Origin: a virus
Lineage: Duplodnaviria; Caudoviricetes
Strand: one strand, 5' to 3'
IMG/VR virus record: IMGVR_UViG_3300033493_000007
Coordinates: 1 to 39,201 of that record
Length of the DNA stretch: 39,201 bases
The notes under the pieces are model-generated. The model was not told the origin of the DNA and did no database searches. It was given only the letters and a program-made list of their open reading frames with translations. Shown here piece by piece: positions 8,591 to 16,597 of the stretch. Position 1 is the stretch's first letter. Each line of letters starts with the position of its first letter. A program made the position numbers and the translations under genes.

Positions 8591-10681
8591 ATGAATCAAT
8601 ATCATATCGACCAATTGAAGTCATCTGGCTTGGATGACGCCTACATCGCCACACTCGAAGGTCACGGCTGGAAGAGTGTCAACGCCCAAGCCTCCCAAGA
8701 AATCCTACAAACACAGTACGGCAAAGATGACAACTCAGGGCTTGCAATTCCGTTTTACGACATTGATGGAGATGTCGCTGGTTACCGGATTCGTCTTGAT
8801 ACCGAGCGCGATTGGACCGACAAAGAAGGCAAGCGCCACCATATCAAATACCTGCAAGCCCAAGGGACATCGCTGGGCGTCTACCTGCCGTCCAACTTCG
8901 AGTTGTCCGAGGTTGATGCCAATACGACCGTATACATCTGTGAAGGCGAGAAGAAAGCGGAATGCCTTGCAAGTCTCGGCTTTGCGTCGATTGGACTGAC
9001 TGGGGTCAGTACCTGGTCTGAGCGTCGAGACAACGCGTCGACAAAGAGGACCGTCCTAGCCGACATTGTAACCATTGCATCGAAGGCTGACAAAGTTGTC
9101 GTAGTTTTCGATAACGACATCCACAACCAGTCAAAGACGACCTTGCGAGAACTCGCTCAATTCGTTTCCGCTCTCCATACGATCACCCAGAGAGTCGCAT
9201 GGGTTTCCATTCCGGAAGGCGCTGCGAAGGGCGTAGACGACTTTCTTGCCGCAAACGGACCAGAAGCCGCTAAGGCTCTCATTAGCGCTCATATCCCTGC
9301 CGAGCCTTCGGAGCAACTCAAGTCGAACATCGAACTCCCCCGGGAAACACGGATTGGCTACGCTCGCTCGTGGCTTGGAGGTGGCAAGCGGTTTCAGCAA
9401 TGGATTGCAGAAGCCACGGAAAGCAAGAAGATCGCAGAATACAACGGTGGTGCGAGTCAGTTGATGCCTGGTGAGATGGCATGGCTCGCAGCGAAACTCC
9501 GAGACGCTGATGTTGCCGAAAAGGTATGCGGCTCAAGTACCATCCAACTGGGGCAAAATGGAGCCATATACCTCGATGGCGCCAAGGCTGTAGCCGAAGA
9601 GCTGATCGCCCAAGTCCAAGAGAACATCTCACTCCACCTTCGCCCGAATGGGTGGGAGAAGAAGTTCCAATATGCGGATACCGACATTCAAAAGGCTCTC
9701 TTGCTGGTTGCCAAAGAGTCACCCTATCGCCCAGTCCAAGACTACCTCCTAGCCTTGCCGCCATGGGACGGGTATAAACGCTGGGCTAACCTTCACCGGA
9801 CTTGCCTTGGAACCCCTACGGCTGAGGACATCGGCGGGATCCTTCTTCGCAAGTGGGCGATCAGCGCAGTTGCCCGCGCCATGCAACCGGGCTGCAAGGT
9901 CGACACGATGCTGATTCTGCAAGGAACACAAGGGCAACTCAAGTCTAGTTTCTTCAAGGCGGTCGGCGGCGAATTCTGCAACGATTCCCCCATCAACTTC
10001 AGCGACAAAGATGGTATGGCTATCCTGGCAGAAGCTTGGATTTTCGAGGTCGCTGAACTGGCAACAGCTTTGAAGTCTCGTAGTCAGGAAGAAGTCAAGG
10101 CATTCCTTTCTCGTTCGACTGACACCTTCCGTGCCGCTTACGCTCGAAGCATGACGACCATTCCAAGGTCTTGCGTCCTTACTGGCACCACCAACAATGA
10201 CGTCTTCCTGACCGACCAAACCGGAAACCGACGATATTGGGTTGTCCACACGGGTGCAATCGATCTGGCAAAAGTCAAGTCAATGCGAGATCAGCTTTGG
10301 GCAGAAGCGCTATGGCTTTACCGAGTCGAACGCGAAGAATGGTGGCTCAATGCGGATCAGACGAAGCAACTCAATCAGGTCCTAGCCCCATGCACGAGCA
10401 AGAGCACGATCGAGGAATGGGCAGACGACAACCTGGAAGTCGATGGAAGTCGATTCAGTTCGATGAAAGGGCTTCAACACGACTACAAGGTCTACATGGA
10501 GTCTCGCGGTATCCGTGAGAGGGTTCCTTGCTCGGCTGAATTGTCCAAGCGCTTGCGCCGTCTCTTCCCAGACGCCCCAGAGAAGAAGACCAACAAATGC
10601 ACTCTTCTTGGTATTTCTCTGAAAGATCATGCGGTTCCGTATACCGACACCATTCCTAATCCAATCCCGCTTGCCAACTAA
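8591..10681 (+). CDS. Primase-helicase (DUF3854/Toprim-like N-terminus plus VapE/VirE-family helicase)
   Basis: ICEGEKKA, VFDND and KGVDDFL Toprim motifs; GCKVDTMLILQGTQGQLKS Walker A; GTTN and TGNRRYW motifs. Confidence 0.9.
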   Translation: MNQYHIDQLKSSGLDDAYIATLEGHGWKSVNAQASQEILQTQYGKDDNSGLAIPFYDIDGDVAGYRIRLDTERDWTDKEGKRHHIKYLQAQGTSLGVYLPSNFELSEVDANTTVYICEGEKKAECLASLGFASIGLTGVSTWSERRDNASTKRTVLADIVTIASKADKVVVVFDNDIHNQSKTTLRELAQFVSALHTITQRVAWVSIPEGAAKGVDDFLAANGPEAAKALISAHIPAEPSEQLKSNIELPRETRIGYARSWLGGGKRFQQWIAEATESKKIAEYNGGASQLMPGEMAWLAAKLRDADVAEKVCGSSTIQLGQNGAIYLDGAKAVAEELIAQVQENISLHLRPNGWEKKFQYADTDIQKALLLVAKESPYRPVQDYLLALPPWDGYKRWANLHRTCLGTPTAEDIGGILLRKWAISAVARAMQPGCKVDTMLILQGTQGQLKSSFFKAVGGEFCNDSPINFSDKDGMAILAEAWIFEVAELATALKSRSQEEVKAFLSRSTDTFRAAYARSMTTIPRSCVLTGTTNNDVFLTDQTGNRRYWVVHTGAIDLAKVKSMRDQLWAEALWLYRVEREEWWLNADQTKQLNQVLAPCTSKSTIEEWADDNLEVDGSRFSSMKGLQHDYKVYMESRGIRERVPCSAELSKRLRRLFPDAPEKKTNKCTLLGISLKDHAVPYTDTIPNPIPLAN

Positions 10682-10691
10682 CATTTTCGAC

Positions 10692-10721
10692 TTGCCACGG
10701 ACTCTACATCTGTGGTAGGTC
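10692..10721 (+). promoter_or_regulatory. Sigma70-type promoter TTGCCA-N18-TAGGTC (TG-extended)
   Basis: Intergenic; same 18-nt geometry as other early promoters in the window. Confidence 0.45.
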
Positions 10722-10738
10722 GGCTCTATGGAGACATC

Positions 10739-11044
10739 ATGACCAGCCGATTTGAGCAAAAGTGCATCGAAGCCAATATCCGTAACGAATTTCTTTTGAA
10801 GTGTATCAGTACGATTGACGAGAATTTTGACTGGGGGCGCCGCGGTCGGCGATACGTGACCATCCAAAAGACCTCCTTAGGAACCGTCGAATTCAGTGGC
10901 TCCTGGGTGGTACGTCAGTTCATCTATCGATTGACGTCCGATGCCGGATTGCGAGGCAAGGTCCCGGCTCCAGTGACGATTGTCAGAATGTGGCATGACC
11001 ACACAAACCCAGTTGATTTGAATCAAGTCGGAGGTGTAAAGTGA
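10739..11044 (+). CDS. Hypothetical protein
   Basis: GGAG SD before ATG 10739; overlaps the next gene (GTGA). Confidence 0.6.
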   Translation: MTSRFEQKCIEANIRNEFLLKCISTIDENFDWGRRGRRYVTIQKTSLGTVEFSGSWVVRQFIYRLTSDAGLRGKVPAPVTIVRMWHDHTNPVDLNQVGGVK

Positions 11045-11418
11045 CATCCCAAGAAGAACTCGAAATTCTCAAGCGCCGCATCGCTGAACTCGAAAACACG
11101 ATGCCCGCCGTTCTCAATGTCACTGCGCCTGGGGTATTCGCGCCTGTACCGGCTCCAGCTCCCCTCCGTCGCCCTTCGGAGTACGACCGACAGCTCATCC
11201 GAGCAATCGATATCAACCGGACGAAGGACACCTTCAGGGCGTTGGTCGAGTCGATTTGTTTCCGAGTTACGACCCAGCAATTTAATAAAGCCAGTCAGAA
11301 GCAACGTCTGATCCTTCTGCGCACGCTGGCGGGGCAATCGAAAGTGAAGATAAACTTCAAAGACTCGGATGAATTGGTTTACATCAGAGCCTTGGTAGAT
11401 GCTGGGGTGCTTCAGTGA
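11041..11418 (+). CDS. Hypothetical protein
   Basis: GGAGG SD; coupled start/stop overlaps on both sides. Confidence 0.7.
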   Translation: MTSQEELEILKRRIAELENTMPAVLNVTAPGVFAPVPAPAPLRRPSEYDRQLIRAIDINRTKDTFRALVESICFRVTTQQFNKASQKQRLILLRTLAGQSKVKINFKDSDELVYIRALVDAGVLQ

Positions 11419-11705
11419 ATCCCGATAGGGAGGCGTACCTGGTTTCTGAGCGCCAGTGGATACTCGAACTCCAAGGGAATAATGCGCGCGAACTCTTCTC
11501 TGATCGCCTGTTTGATAGACATCAAGATGCGTTTAGTACTGACAACTTGGACGAATTGCTCCACTACGCCCAGGATCCATGGGAAGAAGTTCGTGGTTGG
11601 GTCCTCGAGAACCCCATCTGTCCTCCTATGGTTAAAGTGTGGATGGGCTCCGAGTACCGGAACACGATGCCACTCGAAGAGTTCCTCCAAGCCACAATGT
11701 TATAA
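11415..11705 (+). CDS. LRV/HEAT-like repeat protein, paralog 1
   Basis: AQDPWEEVRGWVLENPICP repeat; C-terminal K.WM.S.Y...M...EF cap shared with 11973..12485. Confidence 0.65.
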   Translation: MNPDREAYLVSERQWILELQGNNARELFSDRLFDRHQDAFSTDNLDELLHYAQDPWEEVRGWVLENPICPPMVKVWMGSEYRNTMPLEEFLQATML

Positions 11706-11706
11706 T
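11698..11706 (+). promoter_or_regulatory. Extended -10 promoter TGtTATAAT
   Basis: Perfect TGn-TATAAT overlapping the upstream stop, 22 nt before ATG 11728. Confidence 0.55.
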
Positions 11707-11727
11707 CGAACCCAAGGAGCCACCAAA

Positions 11728-11976
11728 ATGTCCATCGAGCAACTTCGAAACGAATACAAAGCCATTCGCCGTCAAATTTGCACCATGCGCCCAGACCTAG
11801 CGCCAATCCAAATTGATGCGATGGTACGAGCGTCGCTGCCACCCACACCAGGTGCGTTCGATTGGGTAAGCGGGGTCAACGAATTGCACGCGCTGGTTCT
11901 CTCGGCGTACAACACGGCGCAACGAGAAGAAGAGGAATTCGTGGACGTTGATGGGTATTTCGGGACACCGCAATGA
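11728..11976 (+). CDS. Hypothetical protein (82 aa), paralog of 13373..13735
   Basis: AAGGAG SD before ATG 11728; shared IE..R..Y..IR...RA..P......WVS pattern. Confidence 0.7.
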   Translation: MSIEQLRNEYKAIRRQICTMRPDLAPIQIDAMVRASLPPTPGAFDWVSGVNELHALVLSAYNTAQREEEEFVDVDGYFGTPQ

Positions 11977-12485
11977 GACCTGAAACAGAACTCCAAACAG
12001 CTATCAGGTCAATCTGGGCTCATCAATTGGCGGAGCTAGCAAAATCGTCGAACTCTCGTGTCCGTGGCGCTGTAGCACGCAACTCATTCTCATCGACAGA
12101 TACACTCTCCATACTATCTCGAGATATTAGTCCGTCCATTAGGGTGCAGGTTGCACGCAGCTTACAAACCTCCACAACCGATTTGGTAGAACTATCAAAA
12201 GACAGAGACGCTGATGTCAGGTGTTGGGCTTTTCAAAATCGCAACATGCCTTCGTCTGCACTTGTCATGTCACCTACGGAAAGGAGCCTATACGTAGCAT
12301 TTGCTATTGCTCGTCATCCGTCGACCAGTGTTTACAGTTTGGTATCGCTGTATCACATTGAGCATCCAGATCTACAGTGGACGATTTCTGAAAACCCGAA
12401 CTTGACTCCGCTTGCTAAAATCTGGATGTCGAGCGGATACAGCGACCAGATGACGTTTGCCGAATTCGAGGAGAATTGCCAGTGA
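11973..12485 (+). CDS. LRV/HEAT-like repeat protein, paralog 2
   Basis: About five 24-aa repeats (L..L.KD....VR..VA.N). Confidence 0.75.
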   Translation: MRPETELQTAIRSIWAHQLAELAKSSNSRVRGAVARNSFSSTDTLSILSRDISPSIRVQVARSLQTSTTDLVELSKDRDADVRCWAFQNRNMPSSALVMSPTERSLYVAFAIARHPSTSVYSLVSLYHIEHPDLQWTISENPNLTPLAKIWMSSGYSDQMTFAEFEENCQ

Positions 12486-12796
12486 CACTCAACATCAAAG
12501 TCCCGAGCAAAGCCACGCTGAAGAAGTACGGTCTCTCGGCTGAAGAGTTCTCGGAGATCTGGCGTAAGCAGGGATCGGTATGCCCGATTTGTAATCGCGT
12601 ACCTACCACCGGGCGCGTCAACATCGATCACCACCATGTGCCCAAATGGAAGCAGATGCCTCCAGAACGCAGGAAGACCTTCGTGAGGGGGATTCTGTGC
12701 TGGCATTGTAACCACCAGGTATTACGGGCTTTGACGTTAGCAAAAGCCGAAGCGTGTGTAATGTATTTAAAGGCATGCGCGGAGAGAGTCAAGTGA
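12482..12796 (+). CDS. Recombination endonuclease VII-family protein
   Basis: KKYGLS.EEF...Q..VCPIC, IDHHH and VRGILC..CN motifs; GTG start after GAGGAG. Confidence 0.85.
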   Translation: MTLNIKVPSKATLKKYGLSAEEFSEIWRKQGSVCPICNRVPTTGRVNIDHHHVPKWKQMPPERRKTFVRGILCWHCNHQVLRALTLAKAEACVMYLKACAERVK

Positions 12797-13308
12797 ACAC
12801 ATTCGAAACCGTTGGCGATACTGTATACATGACTTGCTTTGATCGCAAAGGACATCCCAAGCCCGATAAGGTCATCTTCGACCTAGCGGATCTGGAGTTG
12901 GTCAAGATGTATAGCTGGTATATAGGTAAAAGAGGCGAGACGTTGTACGCTATGACCAGTGTCAAGGTCGGCAACAAATGGACCACACTATCCCTCCACC
13001 AATACCTTCTTCCAACACAAGAGCCCCTTAGTGTAGACCATATCAATCGCATCGGATTAGACAACCGTCGCAGTAACCTCCGCCGTGCAACGAATCAAGA
13101 GCAATGTGTCAATCAGGGTATGCTCAAGAATAACACCAGTGGCGTCAAAGGCGTCTGCTGGCATAAACAGTGCCAAAAGTGGATGGCTCATATCAAGGTC
13201 AACCGCGAGCGTATCCACCTCGGGCTCTACGACACAATCGGTGAAGCCGCTCAAGCCCGCCTCGGAGCCGAAGCGAAGTACTTTGATCCAATTCCGAAAT
13301 CCCCTTGA
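12793..13308 (+). CDS. HNH endonuclease with AP2 domain
   Basis: VDHINRIGLDNRRSNLR; NTSGVKGVCW...KW.A.I...HLG.Y....EAA.AR. Confidence 0.9.
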   Translation: MNTFETVGDTVYMTCFDRKGHPKPDKVIFDLADLELVKMYSWYIGKRGETLYAMTSVKVGNKWTTLSLHQYLLPTQEPLSVDHINRIGLDNRRSNLRRATNQEQCVNQGMLKNNTSGVKGVCWHKQCQKWMAHIKVNRERIHLGLYDTIGEAAQARLGAEAKYFDPIPKSP

Positions 13309-13334
13309 CGTCCCCATAAAGCACGTGATATTAA
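13305..13334 (+). promoter_or_regulatory. Sigma70-type promoter TTGACG-N18-TATTAA
   Basis: The -35 box contains the TGA stop of the HNH-AP2 gene. Confidence 0.55.
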
Positions 13335-13372
13335 TCGATCCGTTAGCAACACCAGCCGAACGGAGCCACACC

Positions 13373-13735
13373 ATGCAGACCATTGAGACTAACCGAGCCA
13401 CCTACCGTATGATTCGCGACTTCGTCATCAGCATCCGGAACACGCGCTGGATGCCCTACACCTCCAAGGACTTCGATTGCAGCCTCCGAGCCCTGGTTCC
13501 TCGCAACGCCGATTCCAGCCGCTGGGTTTCCGAAGCCGCCAAACTCGCTCTGATTTTCTGCAGCAACCTCCCACGCCCTACGAAAGAGCAGCGCGCCGTC
13601 ATTCGTGCTTTGAACGCGTATTTGAGCCATGGCAAGTCCGAGGTGCTTACAATGTCGGATGTTCAAAATGAGATGGACCGCAACATCCGATCGCTTCCGA
13701 ACTCCATCACAGGCAGCCGTGGAATGTGGGTGTAA
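13373..13735 (+). CDS. Hypothetical protein (120 aa), paralog of 11728..11976
   Basis: GGAG SD before ATG 13373; similarity to 11728..11976. Confidence 0.7.
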   Translation: MQTIETNRATYRMIRDFVISIRNTRWMPYTSKDFDCSLRALVPRNADSSRWVSEAAKLALIFCSNLPRPTKEQRAVIRALNAYLSHGKSEVLTMSDVQNEMDRNIRSLPNSITGSRGMWV

Positions 13736-13833
13736 GTAAAATTTCGATGTGTTAGTTTTAGTACTGGTTCGGCTAGTTAAGTAGGCTTTATTAAGTCCTT
13801 GCTAAGCCACAAATCTTGTGGTAAAGGAGCCGT

Positions 13834-14130
13834 ATGATCCCAATGGGCACCCAGCAATATCGCCGCGAAGCCATCCGTTCAGAAGCCCGCCATAGCGATG
13901 ACCCAGTTCGTCTCGAGTGGCTTTCTCAGGACTGGAATTTGTATTACCATCTCGCTAGCAATCCCAATACGCCGCCAGCTGTTTTGGAAAAGATGGCATT
14001 CTATGACACCGTGATTCTCCGCCGAGTCCTTCGTAACCCATCTGCACCGACGCTCCTCCGGTTGTTCGTGGGATCGTACCTGGCTAGCGGAATGAATTAC
14101 AGCGATTTTAAAAGTTTCGTTGGCTCTTGA
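13834..14130 (+). CDS. LRV/HEAT-like repeat protein, paralog 3
   Basis: LASNPNTPPAVLEKMA and VLRNPSAP repeats; preceded by TTGCTA-N17-TAAAGG and an AAGGAG SD. Confidence 0.7.
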   Translation: MIPMGTQQYRREAIRSEARHSDDPVRLEWLSQDWNLYYHLASNPNTPPAVLEKMAFYDTVILRRVLRNPSAPTLLRLFVGSYLASGMNYSDFKSFVGS

Positions 14131-14170
14131 CGTTCAACCCAAACCTAGTGTAGATACATCTCATGAACCA
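14127..14170 (+). repeat. Promoter-bearing cassette repeat A1 (44 bp, 42/44 identical to 14699-14742)
   Basis: TTGACG-N18-TAGATA-N6-ATG; contains the upstream TGA stop. Confidence 0.85.
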
Positions 14171-14702
14171 CTCCAAGGCAGCTCAAATGAAGCGCTATCA
14201 AAACATCATCGACAACATCGTAGAAGTCACTCGCACTCAAGATCTCGCCATCCTCAACGCCGAGCGCGGCGATGTGATTGGAGCACTTGAAGTGTCCGAG
14301 GACTCCACGTTGGTAGTGACGCATGTTAATCGCCGAAGCAATTCTGTTCCGGCTCAGATCGTCATGAAATTCAAGTCGCTACACAGCGGAATCGCCCCAA
14401 AATTGTTGGGAAAAACAGTTGGTTTTGAGTGGGTCCAGGGCAGTGAGTTGTTACGAATCGACGAGATTTATCGTCCGTGGTATCAATACACACCAAGAAA
14501 CTACGCTGAAGCCGAACAGAGCATCCCACCGCTCGACCGTCAAGAGCTCGAGAGCTACATCCCAATGTGCAAGTGCCCTCCTTCTGTACGAGATTCAAAT
14601 ACACTTGCGACCACGGGCGATTTGATGGCTGTTGCAGTTGCATTGGCGATCCCAGTCGCTATCGCCATTATCTTTGGTATCTACTTCATCTTCGGCGCTT
14701 GA
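14163..14702 (+). CDS. C-terminally membrane-anchored protein, RNYAEA family member 1
   Basis: PRNYAEA and IPMCKCPP motifs; C-terminal hydrophobic helix ending FIFGA. Confidence 0.75.
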   Translation: MNHSKAAQMKRYQNIIDNIVEVTRTQDLAILNAERGDVIGALEVSEDSTLVVTHVNRRSNSVPAQIVMKFKSLHSGIAPKLLGKTVGFEWVQGSELLRIDEIYRPWYQYTPRNYAEAEQSIPPLDRQELESYIPMCKCPPSVRDSNTLATTGDLMAVAVALAIPVAIAIIFGIYFIFGA

Positions 14703-14742
14703 CACTCAACCCAAACCTAGTGTAGATACATCTCATGAACCA
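14699..14742 (+). repeat. Promoter-bearing cassette repeat A2
   Basis: TTGACA-N18-TAGATA-N6-ATG. Confidence 0.85.
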
Positions 14743-15046
14743 GACCAACAAACAGCCCCGAAACTACGCCGAAGCCGCTCGTATGCGCCGCACATTCCTC
14801 GACTACTCCGAGCAAGAATTTGCCCGCGCAATTTCCCTCATCCGACCCGCCTTCGACAATGCCCGTAAAGATGGAGCCAGCATTACAGACTCTATCTCAG
14901 TCGCGCTTATCCACTTCGATGACGAATGCATCCCAACATGCAAGCGACCGGAACCAGTTAGCCCCACGACATCTTGGGAGGGATTCTGGATTGGAACGGT
15001 GATGTTCCTGGTCGTATCCGGCATTGTTACGGCTATTCTTTCTTGA
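14735..15046 (+). CDS. C-terminally membrane-anchored protein, RNYAEA family member 2
   Basis: PRNYAEA, MRRTF..YSEQ and IPTCKRP motifs; C-terminal TM helix. Confidence 0.75.
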   Translation: MNQTNKQPRNYAEAARMRRTFLDYSEQEFARAISLIRPAFDNARKDGASITDSISVALIHFDDECIPTCKRPEPVSPTTSWEGFWIGTVMFLVVSGIVTAILS

Positions 15047-15068
15047 CACCAAAGCCGAACATCAGGTA
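15042..15068 (+). repeat. Promoter-bearing cassette repeat B1 (27 bp, identical to 15542-15568)
   Basis: CTTGACACCAAAGCCGAACATCAGGTA; the -35 box contains the upstream stop. Confidence 0.85.
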
Positions 15069-15078
15069 GAGATAGCCC

Positions 15079-15546
15079 ATGAACAACAACTACGAAGACA
15101 TATCCGACCGCGAGCTCGAAGATATAATCCTCTCGGTTTGCAATGACGTCGAACACGGGAAGGTCGCTCGAGCTTTGCTCGACAAGCAACACCGAAATTA
15201 TGCCGAAGCACTCGCCGCTTATCGAGTTGCCAAGGTCCGCACTGAAGCCGAACACATGCGCCGCACATTCAACAGCTACTCCGAGCAAGATGAAGCCCTG
15301 GCATGGGATGGAATCGCAGACGCCATCGCCCTTCGAACACTCGAGAGCTTCGTCCCTACATGTATCTGCCCTCCGGAAATTCGCATCGAAAATGCTACCG
15401 CTGAATTTCGTGCCGAAGCCGAATTGATGTCCCCTCCAGAAGTTCGTGTCGAAAATGCCACATCCGGATTAATGCTCCCAATCGCGATTTTGGGGCTCGC
15501 TCTCATCATTATTCCTTCGATGCTAGCTTTCATCTTTGGTGCTTGA
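15079..15546 (+). CDS. C-terminally membrane-anchored protein, RNYAEA family member 3
   Basis: HRNYAEA, MRRTFNSYSEQ, VPTCICPP; internal PPE.R.ENAT duplication; TM ending FIFGA. Confidence 0.75.
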   Translation: MNNNYEDISDRELEDIILSVCNDVEHGKVARALLDKQHRNYAEALAAYRVAKVRTEAEHMRRTFNSYSEQDEALAWDGIADAIALRTLESFVPTCICPPEIRIENATAEFRAEAELMSPPEVRVENATSGLMLPIAILGLALIIIPSMLAFIFGA

Positions 15547-15568
15547 CACCAAAGCCGAACATCAGGTA
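15542..15568 (+). repeat. Promoter-bearing cassette repeat B2
   Basis: Identical to 15042-15068. Confidence 0.85.
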
Positions 15569-15579
15569 TAGGTATCGAC

Positions 15580-15768
15580 ATGGACACCAAAACACAGCGT
15601 CAGCAGTTGGAGAGCAGCATCCGTTCAATCCTGGTCCCCATCAGCATCGGAATCTTTCCGGCTTGCTCCATCATCTCGTGGGTAGGTCACAAGATGGACT
15701 GGTGGTGTTGGTGTAGTGTCATGAGCATCTTTCCGACCTTCGCTGAATTGATGTCCAAGATGCATTGA
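15580..15768 (+). CDS. Small hydrophobic protein (62 aa)
   Basis: Leaderless-type start after repeat B2; hydrophobic segments. Confidence 0.6.
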   Translation: MDTKTQRQQLESSIRSILVPISIGIFPACSIISWVGHKMDWWCWCSVMSIFPTFAELMSKMH

Positions 15769-15809
15769 GTTGTTTACCGTTGTATGCACTTTGTCCTAAA
15801 GGAAACCAC

Positions 15810-15884
15810 ATGACTAAATATTTTGATGTCGCCATCGTCATTTTCTTGACATACCCATTTGAGATGAAGTATAATCGCCGCTGA
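15810..15884 (+). CDS. Possible 24-aa peptide (MTKYFDVAIVIFLTYPFEMKYNRR)
   Basis: AAGGA SD; too short for the ORF track; overlaps a promoter. Confidence 0.3.
   Translation: MTKYFDVAIVIFLTYPFEMKYNRR
15846..15875 (+). promoter_or_regulatory. Consensus sigma70 promoter TTGACA-N18-TATAAT
   Basis: Both boxes are perfect matches. Confidence 0.7.
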
Positions 15885-15909
15885 ACCGCAGTCCCACATA
15901 GGAGTACCA

Positions 15910-16041
15910 ATGCGCACCTTGACCAACATCTTGATCTTCGTCCTTGCTGTTTTCTTTCTGACCCTCGCCTTCGGCATTTTCGAGCGTTTCGCCCATCGCC
16001 TGGATACCAACACATCAGTCCGTATCGAGCGATCGAAGTAG
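15910..16041 (+). CDS. 43-aa single-TM peptide (MRTLTNILIFVLAVFFLTLAFGIFERF...)
   Basis: AGGAG SD, downstream of the consensus promoter; translated manually. Confidence 0.6.
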   Translation: MRTLTNILIFVLAVFFLTLAFGIFERFAHRLDTNTSVRIERSK

Positions 16042-16057
16042 TGGTATACTCGGAAAC

Positions 16058-16561
16058 ATGCACATTCAGTTGACCCAAGAAGACCTTGATCGTTGCCACC
16101 GCTTCTCTGAGGATGTAACGGCTACTACCCATCACATCTACGCCAAGCGAGGACAGGACGACCCCCTTAAGGTCATCAACGATGCCTTCGTAGGTAAGTG
16201 TGGCGAAATCGCCGTAGCCAAGATGCTACTCGTTTCGGGGTTGGACTGCTCGGATCCCGACTTTGCGATCTACACTGACACCAAGGGCTGGGCACCAGAC
16301 CTCCGCGTGGGGCAACTGGGTATTTCCGTCAAGACCATCACGGCAACGAGCGCTTCGAGGTTCGGTAAGTCTTGGTGCTTTCAAAACACGGATGCCTTCT
16401 GGCAGTCCAATGATGCCGCGTTCTTCGTGGTGTATGGAGAGATATCCAACCGATGTGAGATCTACGGTCCGTACAAAGCCCAGGACCTGGCAGTATTGAG
16501 AAAACCTACCAGGCTGGGTTTCGCATCAAAATGTGCCATCTACTTCGAAGATCTGCGGTAA
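16058..16561 (+). CDS. PD-(D/E)xK nuclease-like protein
   Basis: GEIAV...PD...APDL......ISVKT pattern; leaderless start 7 nt after TGgTATACT (16042-16050). Confidence 0.55.
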   Translation: MHIQLTQEDLDRCHRFSEDVTATTHHIYAKRGQDDPLKVINDAFVGKCGEIAVAKMLLVSGLDCSDPDFAIYTDTKGWAPDLRVGQLGISVKTITATSASRFGKSWCFQNTDAFWQSNDAAFFVVYGEISNRCEIYGPYKAQDLAVLRKPTRLGFASKCAIYFEDLR

Positions 16562-16597
16562 CTGTTTTCGAAGCCGCGGTGCCGTTTGTAACGAGAT

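Noticed and set aside
13085-13372. Long N-terminal extensions given by the ORF track (also 11482, 12754, 18223, 26712, 38702)
   Set aside because: They overlap neighbouring genes or promoters; better-supported downstream starts exist
14127-15568. CRISPR mini-array or integron attC sites
   Set aside because: Repeats are 300-570 bp apart, non-palindromic and explained as promoters; no cas or integrase gene
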